A DNA stretch of 64,000 nt from Octopus bimaculoides (taxonomy: Eukaryota), in contig NC_068983.1 of the NCBI RefSeq assembly GCF_001194135.2, positions 80,057,392 through 80,121,391 on the forward strand, given 5' to 3'. Positions 39,142-53,718 of this stretch are shown here, piece by piece; the first letter of the stretch is position 1, and every line of letters starts with the position of its first letter. The translations under genes were made by a program, and so were the position numbers. The notes under the pieces are model-generated. The model made no database searches. It saw nothing but the letters and a program-made list of their open reading frames with translations, and was not told where the DNA came from.

Positions 39142-40943
39142 TTCCTTCATACATTCAGACATATAAATGTCTGTTTTTACATGCAGACACACACACACTC
39201 ACTCACATATGGATAGACTGGTACATTCTAAACACCCTTTTTAGAAGATAAACTTTGATAAGAATGAAATGATTTCAAGCTGTGTTTTATCATGGTAAAG
39301 GATAACACTTGAATTATGCACAGATGACAAGAAGTTTATGAACATTGACCACATAAACAAACTACATAGATCCCCATAAAAAAAAATATGTCACAACTAA
39401 TTCACCTTAAGGGAGATATAATACTGCATCTCTTGATTTATTCTTCATATTATGCTGATGTTTTTATTCCTCTTTACTCACTGCTTAATTCCCTAAATGC
39501 TTCTTATTTGTTTATTTTTTTTATTTATATATTTATTTGATTGTTTGTTTAGATGATCCCCTAATGTTCTTATTTTTTCTCTAGCCTGAACTTCTTTTAA
39601 TCTTTTGGGTATGGTAAAAATAACAATTCTATTCTCTCTCAGCAGTATATGACATTAAAATGTTGAAAATATTATTTTTAACTCTATGATATCCTACAGC
39701 TGTTGTTTTCTCATACGGTATCTTATATACTTAGAAAATACAAAGGAACATTTAAATTTCTTGTTGATGGACATGTATAATTGTTAAAATTATTTTGTTG
39801 CAAATTTTCATGGATTAAGTATCATGTTCATAAAACTCTTACATGGACGTATCTTTAATTTTCTGTGGTATTTTAAAAAAGTCTCTGATAAAATAAATAA
39901 TATGAGAATGTATAATATAAGCTAAATTTTCTTTTGCAAGTTGATGTTGAGAGCAATATTGAGATGTGTGGTGAATTGCAAAAAGAACTTTAGAAACAAA
40001 AGAGATGATAGGAAAATTTGTTCTGATCAGCGCTGAGACATTCTGTTGCTTTCAGTTCTTTTTTATTAGTGTAGCTAAAGGTAGTATATGACTCATTCAT
40101 CAATTCATATATTCACAATGATTACGGATTTATGTGTGACTGCAGCAAAATTCTTTCATTACAAGAGATGTGCAAGTTGATGCTCTCAAGAATGATCTTT
40201 TTGATTTATGGCATTTAGTTTTATACAACAATCATCCATCCATTTTCTAATTACCAAAAAAAATAACCACAAAATCGATTTTGAAAGCTCTATATTTGAA
40301 AGAGAGAGCTGGCATTTATGTTATAAGGCATATAATTTCAATTGAATATCCTGATTATCAGTTGCTATTGGTAAGAAATCTTTTTCAAAAGAGACTGCAT
40401 TTGAAATTCTAATATTTTTATTAGAAACTATTTAAAAAATGTGAAGATATATCCAACATTTTTCTTAATTTGAATTTTTAGGTCATACTTTTGAAAAACT
40501 TTAAAATTCAAATTTTTTAGATCAGAAATTCTGTTTGCCTCCTGAATACCCAATTTTTCTTCTGAGCTGCACAGTATACTTATAAGTTACTGGGAGAATT
40601 TTAAAATTGTACATATTAAAACTGTCCATATCTGCAATCAAGAAAATACATTCTTCTATATAGAAAAACACACTGAAAATATATAGATGCTTGCAAGTGC
40701 ATATTTGTAAAATGATGATTATTGGTTTGTATCGTGTCACTAGCACTGTATTAGCTTCATGGCGAAGTCACTTAATGCTTAAATGATTCTACATGAAAAT
40801 AGAGTAGGAACATACCAGTATTCCAAATGGTGGCAATATTGTAATGTTGACAACTAGTTTAACTTCAGAGATGATTACTAATTTTCAAATGAGTCTAGTG
40901 AACCAGTTCCAGTAATCTTCTTAATCTTCTCGGTATGCCTTAC

Positions 40944-40988
40944 CATTGCATTTGGACTCTGATTCTGAATAATGTCTGCTTGTGACAG
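40944..40988 (-). CDS. Candidate exon, 45 nt: LSQADIIQNQSPNAM if phase 0 to 0
   Basis: cttttgtacaccAG acceptor and G|GTAAGG donor; all three frames are open, so the frame is inferred from neighbours. Confidence 0.35.
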
Positions 40989-41331
40989 CTGGTGTACAAA
41001 AGTTCATTCTCATTAAAACTGTCACACCTTGAATTAACACAATAAGTTATCACTAATTCTTAACAAAATTAGAATTATGTTTGTGACTGAAGCAACAAAT
41101 GGCATTGATGATAAAGGATTTCAGTGATAAATTTCCCTGGTTCGTCCTTATAGGCTCCTAGGTTGAAATAGAATAGTGAAGATACTCTGGATTTATTCAT
41201 TGTTGAACACTAGAAACAATATAGAGATGGGAAACTAGATCACAAAGCTACAACTGAACTGAGTCAGAGTGATAGTTGAATATCCAAGTTAATAAATAAC
41301 AAAAAGGTTATGCAGACAATTTTTTCCATGC

Positions 41332-42174
41332 TGTGCTCATGCTGGAGCACCACTGTGAAAAAATGGATGAAATGCTGCTAAGCATTTTGGCCAATGTGCC
41401 AATTATGTTCCATGCTTGGATGCTGTTTTTGAATTAAACTATAATAAACAATAAAAAAATAAAGAAACTGTATTTTGACTACTGAAATGACTTTCATTTA
41501 TTCTATTAATATCTTACAATCATACAAAAAAAGATGATTTGATTACCACTCAATGTAATAAATTTGATTTAGCATCACAGCACCTCCAAGTTTTAAACAA
41601 GTTTTATTTAGTCCCATGATTCTCTGTTAGCATGCAACAAGTCTAATTTGTCTGTCTACCACATTTTTATCACACACCAATTTATGAACAAAAACTAAAA
41701 CAAAAACAAAACTTCAAAAACTATAGAGTCCATAAAAACAATTGGAAGGGAATAGATAAAATTTATTTTAAAAAATAAGTTAAACTATCAGCGAATAACA
41801 GAAAACTAGATAAGAATAAAAAATAAAATGATGAAAAAGAAATCATGATATAAAATACTGGAAGAAAAATAGAAATCAAGAGTAAAATATAAATGGAAAT
41901 AAACTTTTATTAGAAGAGAACAAAAAATGAACTGAGACAATGAAAATAAGTTGCTTGCCTAAAACTTTCATTTAATGTGAAACGAAAATTTAATATTTTA
42001 AAACCATTTTCCTCCGTTAAAAAATTTGTTCAGATTTATAAAGAGTTTATAAGACCACTATTAAAACTTTATTTGAATAATTACCAACAAGATAGCAAAA
42101 TTGTTAGCACATTGGCCAAAATGCTGAGCAGCATTTCATCCATCTTTTCATGGTGGTGCTCCAGCATGAGCACA
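41332..42174. repeat. 68 bp inverted repeat (41332-41399 and 42107-42174)
   Basis: 64 of 68 positions complementary; ~700 bp A-rich spacer. Confidence 0.92.
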
Positions 42175-43713
42175 TCCACATGGTTGAAATAAATATTTAG
42201 TGATGTGTAATTAAGCAAAAGTAGATGAAACAAAATTCTTACAAAATGTATCAATCTGTGTGGACATAACAGATTCATATGCTGGTTATGATATATATAT
42301 ATATCATTATTATTCATTGAAGCTAAAACACTTGATAATATTTTAAGTATTTATTTTAATTCATTGAAACTGTCAAGAATTCTACTGGAGTTCTTCAAGA
42401 CTTAAAAACAGTTCATTGAGACACTACTAGCAATACATTTTTTATTCTTTTAGTTGTCATTCTACTATTAATCAGTTTCCCTCTGGCAGATTTCATTTTT
42501 TTTAAATTCTCATTCATTCCAGTTGCGAGAATTTTGTAAAATTCTCTTCAATAAGATTTTCATTATCCTCAATCAAGGCTTGAATTGTATCAACTACTTT
42601 TTAAACTTAAGGAAAATTAAATAGCAAATTCACATTCTATTATTAATAATTTAATGTTTATCATTTTGTCTCTTAACAGCTATATTTCTTCTTAAAATAT
42701 AATGTCTTGTTTTTAAACCTAAGCCTTTACTGGTTTCATTGACTAAAACATCACTTTCTTTATTAGATATGTGCTACATTAAATGCACTTTCAGTTACCC
42801 ACTAGATAAAAAGAAATAGTTATAAATCCATGTTTCTTGCTGCCTTAGTTTTCTATACATAGCTAAATGAAATAAAACAGTACATATTGTTTGGAAATTA
42901 TGTTTTTGAAGCAAATATATCTTCCTTGTATTCTGCATTTTAACATCCTTCTTTTTTACCTACTAGAAAGGATTGAATGACTCTACTATATTTCATTGAT
43001 TGTCTCTGATTTTATGACTTCCTCAATTGTCCATTATTTATTTATTTTGCATCATTGGTTATAAGTTTTCAATTGAACAATCACTGATTCTTTGCATTTC
43101 TGGCAGTGAGAATTGCAGGAGAGAGACTAACTTAAAGCAGAACAAACATCTCCAGGGCCTATGACTGAAGAGAATTGGTTTTTTTTTTTCTTTTCAGTTT
43201 TGTTACTGGTGTTTATATAGGATATAAACATCAGTGACAGTATTTGAAAGAGAGAGAGAGAGAGAGAGAGAGACACACACACACACTTATCAATTTTTGA
43301 TTTTTGTTTTACTTAAGTTAAAATTTGAATTTGAAAGAAAAGATGGGACAGTCTCAGTTAACACACTTTCATTCATAAAAATAGTAGGGTTGTGGAAATT
43401 TCTGAGTTTATAAATATAGAATAGTCACAGTTGGAACACATTCATTCCTACTAATGTTTGATATTGATAATTAGATTTTTATTTATTGCCGCCTAACTAT
43501 TGAAATTTGCATATTTTTAATGTGTGTTTGTTTATTTATTTATATATTTTAAGAGCAAAAGTTCTCTTAGAATTATTTCTTGAAATGTAGTAACTGTGGT
43601 ATTGCGTCCTGTTACAAACCCAAACTCCATTCTATCCGATCTGACTCTATTCTGTACTAACTTTTTTGAGGTCTATGTGATTGTGCTTCTCTAATCTCTT
43701 ATGCCATTGTATT

Positions 43714-43742
43714 TGATGATGATGATGGTGGTGGTGGTAGTG

Positions 43743-43774
<32 letters not shown>

Positions 43775-43795
43775 GATGATAATGATGATAATGCT
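43714..43795. repeat. (GAT)n/(GGT)n microsatellite
   Basis: Direct reading. Confidence 0.95.
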
Positions 43796-44929
43796 GCTAC
43801 ATCATTCATTGAGCTTAACACCTTGTACTACATGATTACTTAAACAGCCTATTAGTATAACACCAGCTCATTTTGATGCTTTCAACATCCCAATAATTAT
43901 CCCTGCAGGTCATGCAGCTTTCTCTGTTTCCAAATCCTTAATTGATTTACTAACCATTTTCACAATGATCTCTAATGTTAGCATTTTCCATTCAGCCTGT
44001 TGGGGATAGACTTGCTTTGTTATATTCATTATTCAACAACTCATAATCACACGTTCATACTTATTTCCTTACATTGTCATTGAGTACGATTGTAATTCAT
44101 GCCATTTTAAACAGTTCTCTCCAATTCCCCAGTGACATCCTAATTCAGCTGGACATATTGGCTTGCAATTTAAAACATTTCATGCTTCAGCACAGAACAT
44201 TGGCAAGCTACTACTCTCTGTTTCAGTCTTGGCTAAGTAAGCCTGTCATCTAATTTCTAAGCAAGCCTTCAAATATCCATTACCTGCTCAGTGTTTGTTA
44301 CCACAACTTCCATACTCAAGCCAACGAAAGAGCTTCCATGTTGTCACTTGACCTACTAATAACAGTAACTGAATCTCCTTCAAATTACACTCTACTGTCA
44401 TAAAATATTATATTAGGTAATATATTTTTAAAATCCCTTAAAAAAAACAGGATGGTCATAACTAGAACACCTTTTATCATAAGGTCTGTTTGATCAGGGT
44501 TGACCTAGGGCTTCATAATATCTTGAATACTCATCACATATCTCTTCAAGCTTTGTCTACTTTAATATTCCACCACCACACTGCCTAACACTTTATTAGA
44601 ATTATGTTCTAAGTGCAGAAATAGTGTTTGGCATGTAGCAAATAGCTTCTTGGGAAAGTTCACGTGTTCGCTATTATAGTTCTCTCTCTAACTAGCTAAG
44701 TAGCTGCAAGTATTGTTTAAAAATTCACTTTTACCAAGGTGTTTTCATTCAGTATCCACACTGTATTTGCTTGTTGTCTTTCCCCTCACACATCTTGATT
44801 TTCAACCAGAATTTATCAATCGCTAATCTATGTTGAAAAGGGGTGTCTCCTCAGCAAGAGACTAAGTGGTTGTTAGTATCTTTTCTTTTTTGTTAGTAAA
44901 ATATCTCTCATTGCTACTTGAATGATTGG

Positions 44930-45240
44930 CTGATCACTCTGTCAGTTACAATGATGCGTATCCCAGTTGATTTGATCAATGGAACAGGCTGTTCATGAAA
45001 TTAATGTGAAAGTGGCTGAACACTCCACAAACACATGTACCCTTATTATAGTTCTCAGGGAAATTCTCTGTGACACACCAAATGTGACAAGGCTGACTCA
45101 TTGAACTACACGTACAACTCTGTTTTTACCAGCTGAATAGACATAAAGTAAAGTGTCTCGCTCAAAGACACAACATGCTGTTGGGAATTGTACTCATGAC
45201 CTTATGACTGCAAATCAAATACGCTGCCCACTAAGCAGTT
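44930..45240 (-). mobile_element. SINE with head C and tail B
   Basis: Tail matches 10383-10550; the head side matches the reverse of the head-C core (AAAGTGTCTCGCTCAAAGACACAAC). Confidence 0.75.
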
Positions 45241-45523
45241 GAATGAGTGACTGCTTTTCTAAACTACAAGGTGTCTATGATCATGTCTCTTGGCACTTCA
45301 GTGTAGCCACTCAAATGTTCTCCAATATAGCCATTAAAATACTCTGTTACCATTACAATATTTCTGATTCCTATATCTGAGATATTTTCCCATAAAATCC
45401 TCATTACACTGATCATTAAATCACATTACTAAATCCTACTATGGAACATAAGTAGAGATTAGAGATTGCAGTGGTTGCTATGATGCCTATCACAAACCTA
45501 AATGCAATGATTCTAACACTAAC

Positions 45524-45699
45524 CTTTAACAGCTCAGTAACGCTACTTATCCTCTGTTCTGCTAAGAGTATGTTTACTTCATTGCCATTATCAGAAGTTC
45601 TACTTTTTGAAACTTGATCAGTATCCTTGGTTATCAAGAATGAAACCACTACATCATGACACAAACCAGATTCATTAATTTCAGTTGTTAGCACAAAGG
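45524..45699 (-). CDS. Candidate exon, 176 nt, phase 1 to 0: FVLTTEINESGLCHDVVVSFLITKDTDQVSKSRTSDNGNEVNILLAEQRISSVTELLK
   Basis: Lies in a 92 aa ORF; pyrimidine tract then AAG acceptor; AG|GTTAGT donor. Confidence 0.5.
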
Positions 45700-46329
45700 C
45701 TTTACATTTTGAAAAAAAGAGGGAATGGAATTGTGATGTTCATGCCTATCCAAAGGGAATTAGTTTTGTAATGAAATAAAATGCTTAGTTTGGAATCACA
45801 ACTAGGTTGTTGCCATCACTAAGAGGGAATATCTTGAGAATATGATGCACTGTGTAGATGGAGAAAGAAATTATGAAGTTAATAGGTTGTTCAATATATC
45901 CTATTTTTGTAATAATTCACCTCAGAAAAATGGAAATTTTTATATCGCTGGAATCAACACTATGTGCATGACTAATGGTTTTAAACAATGGATCATGTCA
46001 TTTTATAATGCTTCATATTTAACTTTAATCATGATGAGTTTTATTTTTTGTGTGCATCAAATTAACTCTCATACTTTAATTATGAGATTCCATTGCATAT
46101 TTTGTAAGCATTAATTTTATCATCCTGTTTTACAAATAACTTCTAGGTATTTTTTTTTTCTCTTTTATAATAGCACATGTAAATGGGAAGAGGGAAACAG
46201 GTGTCTTATAGACTATAACATAGAAGGCTACATTAAGTTTGATGATATTCCTGACTTAATATTCTTTCTGACTTCAAATACATGTAGCTCCAATTTAGTT
46301 CCATAATCTTTCTTACAACCAAACATTAC

Positions 46330-47720
46330 TTGTGCCAAAGTTGAACTATTACCATTGTAAACTGTTCACACGAATTAGTATGCTTACTCACCTGTATTCC
46401 TAACACTCCAACTGTCTAACTATTCTTCAGCTCTTCTCAACTTCAGTATTAATTTTTACCATGCTAGCGGTCTCTAAACTAAATCATACGTTGACTGCCC
46501 AATCAAGACAACCTCTCACATTCTTCTTACTGTCCTTTTGCTCTCCAAACTATCTTGTATTTTAAATCAGCTAACTGTTCAAAGCTTCATCAGTTGCATG
46601 CTAAATACCCTTGGCAATAAATGTGTTCTATTGCTGATCTATCCTTGACAGCTATGCAGTTGACCAAAACCACCCCAAGAGAGCATCTTTTTGATTATTC
46701 AATCTGCTAGAAATAGCAGCCAAGTCTACTGTAAATCACTACTCCTGCCACCAGCACCACATACACTATTTTCAATAAGGAAAGGGTACATTACATAATG
46801 TTATGCTACATACCACTAAAAAAAGATGGAATGGTTTTTTGCCATAAATCTGCTTGATAATAATTGACCTGGGGCTATGCAGAATGACAATAAAAACTAT
46901 CCTCTTGGCTGTCTTCCCAGTCCCTTGTACAGCCTTAAAACTCCAAGGGGGTCCACATGGAGATGTAAATGTATTGAATGTTGCCTACAACATCCATGAG
47001 AGGAACTCATTCACCATCACTGTTTCATTTTATTTTTGATCAATTGAAATTTTTGGCAGTTTTCTTCCTTGCTTCTTTTTAGTATAATTTTCTTCTCGTT
47101 ATGGTCCTAATTTTATCCCTCTTGACTTCATTGTTCCTTAACCAACAAAACACAGGCATTATCCACTTACAATGCAGAAACTTTTCACCCAATATCTGCT
47201 GATGCAATGAACAGAGACTTAGAGACCTCGAAAATATAGCCTTATGTGAACATAACTTATTCTTTTTTTGTGTGATACATGTAGTAACTGTGTCTTCATG
47301 CTGTTGAAAGATTTTTGTGTTATATCCTCCCAATCCATGACCATCTCTCTGTCAAGCATTCCAATTTGCTAGAATGCTGGTCCTCACAACCTCTGCCAAT
47401 TTCTCATGCTAACCTCACATCTATAGCATTACCAACACTACTTCCCAAAAGCCAGACTACCTCTTTAAGGTCACTTGCACTGCTACACTCACAGACATCC
47501 TCTGGTTACAACAAAATACAACAGCATTTCAATGGTTACCAAGGATTCATTTGCCTATAACCATTGGTTTACAGATATTGGTTCTTCTCCTCGTCTTCTG
47601 TACTATTACTACAAGGTTTGTAATTCATAACTAGCAAATGTTATACTACCTCACCAGTGACCTGTAAAATGTACTTTATTCTTCCTCTCACCCTCCAGAT
47701 CCTGCATTTAATACTTTTCT
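46330..47720 (+). mobile_element. Patches of very old CR1/L2-like LINE sequence
   Basis: C/T-rich coding-like patches at about 46330-46650 and 47300-47720; motifs are weak. Confidence 0.25.
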
Positions 47721-49129
47721 CTATGATTCTCTCTAGAACTCTAATTTCTGCCTATACCCACATTTTTTCTACAATTATTACATGCTAACATTATTTGCAT
47801 CATCTCACGATCTTAGATGATCCACAAAGGTCATTGTGGAAGTCCCTTTTGTACTAATTAAACATAAAGAAAAAAATCACGAATATGTATAAGTTAAATA
47901 GTAAAAGTGAAAATATAAAGAGTGAAGAGGTAATAAAACATTTATGTGGTTACTCACTCACTTAGAAATGGGTAACAAATTTTCTTCAATGACATCTCAC
48001 TGCACATTAATCCTAGATATACAAAACAGATGAAATGGCTAAAGCTGAAACGTCTTTGATCATGAGTTTGCTCAATTAGGACTAGCATGGGGCTAAACAA
48101 CAATGTAAACAGATTGTGAATTTCATATTGAAAAGTTATTATTAATACCTTGGAGGTAGCAAAACAGAGATAGGTTGAAGCTCCAATAAGTATTGAAATA
48201 AAGCTAGATCACTCAAGAACAAATGTAGAAAGTGAGAAGAAACATGCTATTCAGTAAGGTTGGAGATTACAGTTTGCCAATAACAACACATTTCATTTTC
48301 TTTTTTTGTTTTTATAAACAATCATGAAAAATCACTGAAGTAAATTTTGGTATTGCTTCATATTTCAGTTCATTTAGTATTTTAATTCCTTGAATAGAAT
48401 GAAAATCTTACATTTCAGCAATAGAGTGGAGATGTTCTCTGTTGCTATTTTAATTATTTAAGTATGGACATAGACACCAGAAACAGAAATATTTATCTTT
48501 GACATAAGTTAGTAAAATATATTTGGGAACATCGAAGTATATTGACTTACATTTATATGTTTTATTGAATATTCTATATAATGCAATTGAATTCTCTAAA
48601 GCATTACATATTTATTTTATAAACATGTTATATATTTATTTTATTAAAGTAAATCCATATAGTATCTGAAATTAATCAGAAAAGGACATGTAATCAATTA
48701 TAAAACAGCTAGCTACAGTTGATAAATATTAAAGTCAAAGCATTTCCAAATATAAAGGCCAAATGGCTCCATTCTTATGTATGTGATTTAATTTGATACA
48801 TAGAAAAAGTTTTCAAATAAAATTTTAAAACACCAAAATCATTTTGAGAGAGATAAAAATCTACACTCCAAATTACTTTGAGAAACCTAAAAACATTTTT
48901 AGTATTTGATGTATTTTATTGATTTAGATATTTTATCTCTTTATATTTGCAATCTGTAAATCCATAAAAATTTTGAGTGTGAAAAATATATGTAGAAATC
49001 TAATTGCCATAATAAAAGAAATTTGCCAAGTTAACACATGCATTAAACACACTTTCTCCCTCTTACTCTCTCTCTCTCACACATACATACTCTATCACTC
49101 CTCTACCAAAGCATCATTAACCAACAAAG

Positions 49130-49430
49130 GTTTCTATATGCAATGATTGAACATGCTAGAGGTATCAGGCAAAGCTCTCTCAAATTACTGAACACATTTG
49201 ATACTGTAGTCTTAGATACATTGTCTGAATAAAAGATAGGATAATCATGGAATATCTTTTGATCAAAGGTCTGCTTCACCAGGTATAACTTTGAAACTAA
49301 ACAGAAATACAGTGGAAAACCTACTACATAGTAGCCTCTATTGCTAGAAATAACAGCCAGATCTCATTCAAATCACAGACTTTTTTGTAGGTCTATTTAG
49401 TCAGAGCTGACCTGTGGCTAAACAACAACA
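49130..49430 (+). mobile_element. Old SINE-like fragments (family F), two partial copies
   Basis: Repeated GCTAGAAATAACAGCCAGATCTC and GAGCTGACCTGTGGCTAAACAAC segments. Confidence 0.5.
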
Positions 49431-49714
49431 ATAACAGCCCTAATATTATTTACTAAAAGACTCACAAGTTCCTGTCATCACTCACAAAACTCCCATTGCC
49501 ATTACCACCGTTCATTCATTATTCACATGTTCTTCTGTGAAATCTACTGGTGTTTCAATTAGAATAATTATAATATTGTATGAAAAGCAGAGAGGATACA
49601 GCCAGACATCAACTGATACCTATTTAAATCCCATTGATTTTCTAATTTATTGCTAATTATCTAACAGCTGGAAATCATTTCAGTAGTAAATGTATACAAT
49701 CCAGATTTGATATA

Positions 49715-49830
49715 TAAATGGCTTAGTGGTTAGGGTGTTGACTTTATGATCATTAGATTGTGGGTTCAGTTCCTGAACTGGGTGACATGTATTCTTGTGC
49801 AAGGTACTTCATTTTACTTTACTCCACTCT
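49715..49830 (+). mobile_element. Truncated head-C SINE
   Basis: TGGCTTAGTGGTTAGGG A box and GGGTTCAGTTCC B box. Confidence 0.65.
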
Positions 49831-50577
49831 ACTCAGTACAGCCAGCAGTCCTCTACATCAACAATGTTCTGCAGGATCAAGAGTTTGAAGGTTGAGAGAG
49901 TATCTATTTCTGTCTGCAACTACATAGGCACATAAAACAATTAGCAAAAGCATGGTAATGTTACCCACTCATATTCACCTGGGATATATATATCATCTAA
50001 TGTAGTATAAAGATACGAGGTACTAATACTAATGTCTAGGTAGGTTTTTATAACATGCCTTGTGTATCCCAACAATCTTCAGGCTCTGAGGACATGGTTG
50101 TCTATTTGAAAATCAGGGTGCAGGTTCATGAGAAATCTCTAGAAAAAGGTTAATGCCAAAAGTGGAAGGGTGAATAAAAAAGAAAAGAAAGAAAATGAAA
50201 GTTAAGTCCCCTTTGACTGTAAAAGCCATAATAAACCTAGTTGTAGAATGATTCAATAGAGCGGAGTCCAAAGTCTGTGAGATTTTCTTTTTCCATTTCT
50301 ATTCACACATCCACTTTTTGCATCAACCTTCTTGTTTTTTCTAGTGATTTCTCATGTACCAGCATCTTGATTTTCAAATAGAACAGATCATGTGTTTAAA
50401 GCCAACAGATTACTTGGTGACACAAAGCGTATTACAAAAACCTGCCAAGATACATGTTTCCACAGCAAGGAACTATTAATAGCTTGTATCTTTATACTGT
50501 GTACATTAAGTGATATTTATCTTTCACTGGATGGTGTACTTTTTTTGTTGAGCTTATCTTAACAGACTGGTAAACTA

Positions 50578-50848
50578 TATACTCATTTTTTTAAAGTCTG
50601 GTTCTTATTATATCAGTCTTTCATGCTGAAACACTAACTTACAGGGACATAAACAAACCAACACCAGTTGACAAGCAGTAGAGGGTCAGACATACATGCA
50701 CATACATGGACTTCTTTCAGTCTCGATCTACCAATTCTACTCATAAAGCTTTGTTCAGCTTAAGAAAAAGGAGATACTTGCTCAAAGTGCCATGCAGTGG
50801 GACTGAATGCAAAATGATGCTGTCGAGTAGCAAACTTCTTAGTAAAAC
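50578..50848 (-). mobile_element. Degenerate SINE (head A, partial tail 1)
   Basis: Reverse similarity to 53334-53718. Confidence 0.7.
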
Positions 50849-52454
50849 GGTTTTTCGTTATCATCAAATTAAAAATCCTTAAATATAACAAACCTAATAA
50901 GGAAAGAACTGAAAATACATGAAATGTTTCTCAAAATCAAGTTTTCCAAATTTTGCTGCTGAAACTCTATTATTTTACATGATGCGCAGTGTTGACTTAT
51001 AAAGTTAGCAATAAACACTAAAAAGATTGTATGTTTGGCTTTCAGATTTAAAATTGGAATGCCATATTTTCCAGCATGCAAGTCAACATAGCATATAGTG
51101 TAAATATACACTATATAGAAATTTTATCACCATCTTTCCAAATCCTGTACCATTTCACATGTAGTTTTGGTCCTCAAAATTCAACTTGGTGTATAAGTCG
51201 AACTACTTTTTTTTTTTTTTGTAAATATTGAACTTAAAAACTTTGACTTGTATATGTGAGAATACAGAATAACTACTTCTTTGAACAAAACTCAACATTT
51301 TTCTTCTAAATATTTTTTGTATCATGTAAAGTTAATGCTCTGAAGAAGTAACTATTTGTCACCAGAAATCCCTTCAAAAAAATGTCCAAAAATTATACTT
51401 AAAGTTGTACAAAAGTGATAGATCATTTGAATATTTACAAAATCTCTCTGCTTATTCACTGACAATTCTTATGGCTTCTAGTTTCTCTGTTAATGTTCTA
51501 CACAGGTCCATGAAAACATTGATAGTGGAAGAAAATTAATTACATTTTTGAGCCAATTCTTTGACAGTCATTGAATAATCTTCTCCAAGTGCAGGTCACT
51601 GTGTAGCTAATAATATCAACTTTTACGTGTTGTCTAGAATATGCTGTATCTGAAAACTAATGACACCGTTCTCAATTTTTCAGAGCTAGCTTTAACATTT
51701 TCTCACATGCATAATATCTATATATTTTTCCCATGATCTTGTGGAATGTTTTGTTGGGTCTGTAGGCACTATTTTCCAAAAATTCTATTGGATTATTTGT
51801 CAGAAGTTTTCTTCTATTGATACAAAAACTAAAGGATATCTTGAGTGGTATAAATATATATATATATTAAACATATAGTGAGGCATAATATATCTTCCTA
51901 AATATAACCGTTTTAAACCTAGCAAGGTTTATAAATGTATTATTGGGATCAAATGCAGAACCACATCAGTGTAAAGTGAACTTCTTAACCACACAGCTAT
52001 ACTTACCTGAACTAGTTGGGAGGAATACAAATAAATGTCTTAATTCTATGTCCTCATTAATGAGTTAACAAAAATGCTGTACAAAAACAATGTAGATAAT
52101 TGACGAGAATAATCACTCTCGCATGTGATGATTGTATCTAGTCATGTGTATGTAGTGGGTTTGTTTCATTACCAGACAATTGTTCTCATCATGTTTTTAG
52201 ACAAATAAAAAATAATGTGTGTATAGACACACACAAACATATTAACTTATAATTGCTTACAGATGCAACCTGCTTCTGTCTTCTTGTTTGTTTGTTTTTT
52301 TTTCTTCCTTTTGCAAAATAAAACAATTATGAGATGAAACCAGGACACTGCTTGGTAATTGTAGCTTTCAGCTAATATGAATAAATATACAATACTTTAC
52401 TTCAAAATAAATTGGTATTCAGTCTTTAATTCAAATTTGTAGTGTTATTCTATA

Positions 52455-52456
<2 letters not shown>

Positions 52457-52540
<84 letters not shown>
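52457..52540. repeat. (TA)n microsatellite
   Basis: Direct reading. Confidence 0.95.
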
Positions 52541-52543
<3 letters not shown>

Positions 52544-52914
52544 AATACACAGAACACATGATATATTCATTTGTGTGAGGAGTAATTAGATGAATGCATG
52601 ATGTATTTTCTAACTGTTTGGGCAACCAATCAATTCTCAATGACTAAGTATAGTTTGAAGTGTTTAAGAATATTTTTACTCAGACCAGTAAAGTTTATGT
52701 GAAATAAATTGGCTACACATCTACAAAATATGAAATATTTTAACAATTTTTCGACAAGTTTAAATAATATTTAATCATAAAAATATTATAGGATTTTTTA
52801 AACAATGAATGGTTATGGGAGTTTTCTCAAGTAAAATAAGATTCAAAGAGATCCATAGGTAAAAAATGGTTGAGAATCCTTGTTCTAGATGATGAATATA
52901 ATGGTAATTATATG

Positions 52915-53064
52915 TGTGTGTGTGATTATGAAGTTCGCTTTCCAATGACAGTTTTGAGTTCAGTCTCACGGTGGAACCCTGGGCAAGTGTTTTCAACTAG
53001 AGTCCAATACCAACCAAAGTTTTGTAAGTGAATTTGATAGACAGAAACCAAAAGAAACTTGCCT

Positions 53065-53098
<34 letters not shown>

Positions 53099-53333
53099 TG
53101 TGTGTTAGTTTATGCCTTATGTTGATATCAAATGATAGTGGTGAATGAGTGTGACTGCCATATTATAAGTTGTCACTCATTTCCTGTCCTCCATGAAAAT
53201 ATGTCTTATCTTGGAGAAATATTACTTTGTATGGAATCAAGTGAGGGTTGGTGACAGGAAAAGCATCTGGTCATTGAAAATTTGCATTAAACTCTGTGTG
53301 AGCCAGCCATGCAAGCATGGAAAAGTGAACAAT
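52915..53333 (+). mobile_element. SINE (head A, tail 2); its tail resumes at about 53719
   Basis: Colinear with 14680-15072. Confidence 0.8.
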
Positions 53334-53718
53334 AGGTGCAGGAGTGGCTGTGTGGTAAGAAGCTGGCTTTGCAACCAAATGGTTCTGGGTTCAGTCCCAC
53401 TGTGTGACACCTTGGGCAAGTGTCTTCTACTATAGCCTCAAGCCAAACAAAACCTTGTGAGTGCATTTGGTAGACGGAAACTGAAAAGAAACTTGTCATA
53501 TATTTATGTGTGTGTGTGTGTTTGTCCTCCCTACCATCACTTGACAACTGAAGTTGGTGTGTTTCTGTCCCTGTAACTTAGTGGCTCAGCAAAGAGACTG
53601 ATAGAATAAGTACTAGGCTTACAAAGAATAAATCCTGGGGTTGATTTGTTCGACTAAAAGCAGTGCTCCAGCATGGCCACAGTCAAATGACTGAAACAAG
53701 TAAAAAATATAAAAGAAT
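53334..53718 (+). mobile_element. SINE (head A, tail 1), well preserved, inserted in the tail of the preceding SINE
   Basis: Full head to ...GACTGAAACAAGTAAAA; CAAT at 53330-53333 and 53719-53722. Confidence 0.88.

Noticed and set aside
52005-52076. Strong donor and acceptor enclosing LINEDIELRHLFVF (PH-like)
   Set aside because: From the strong acceptor all three frames contain stops, and the donor derives from a reversed SINE head.
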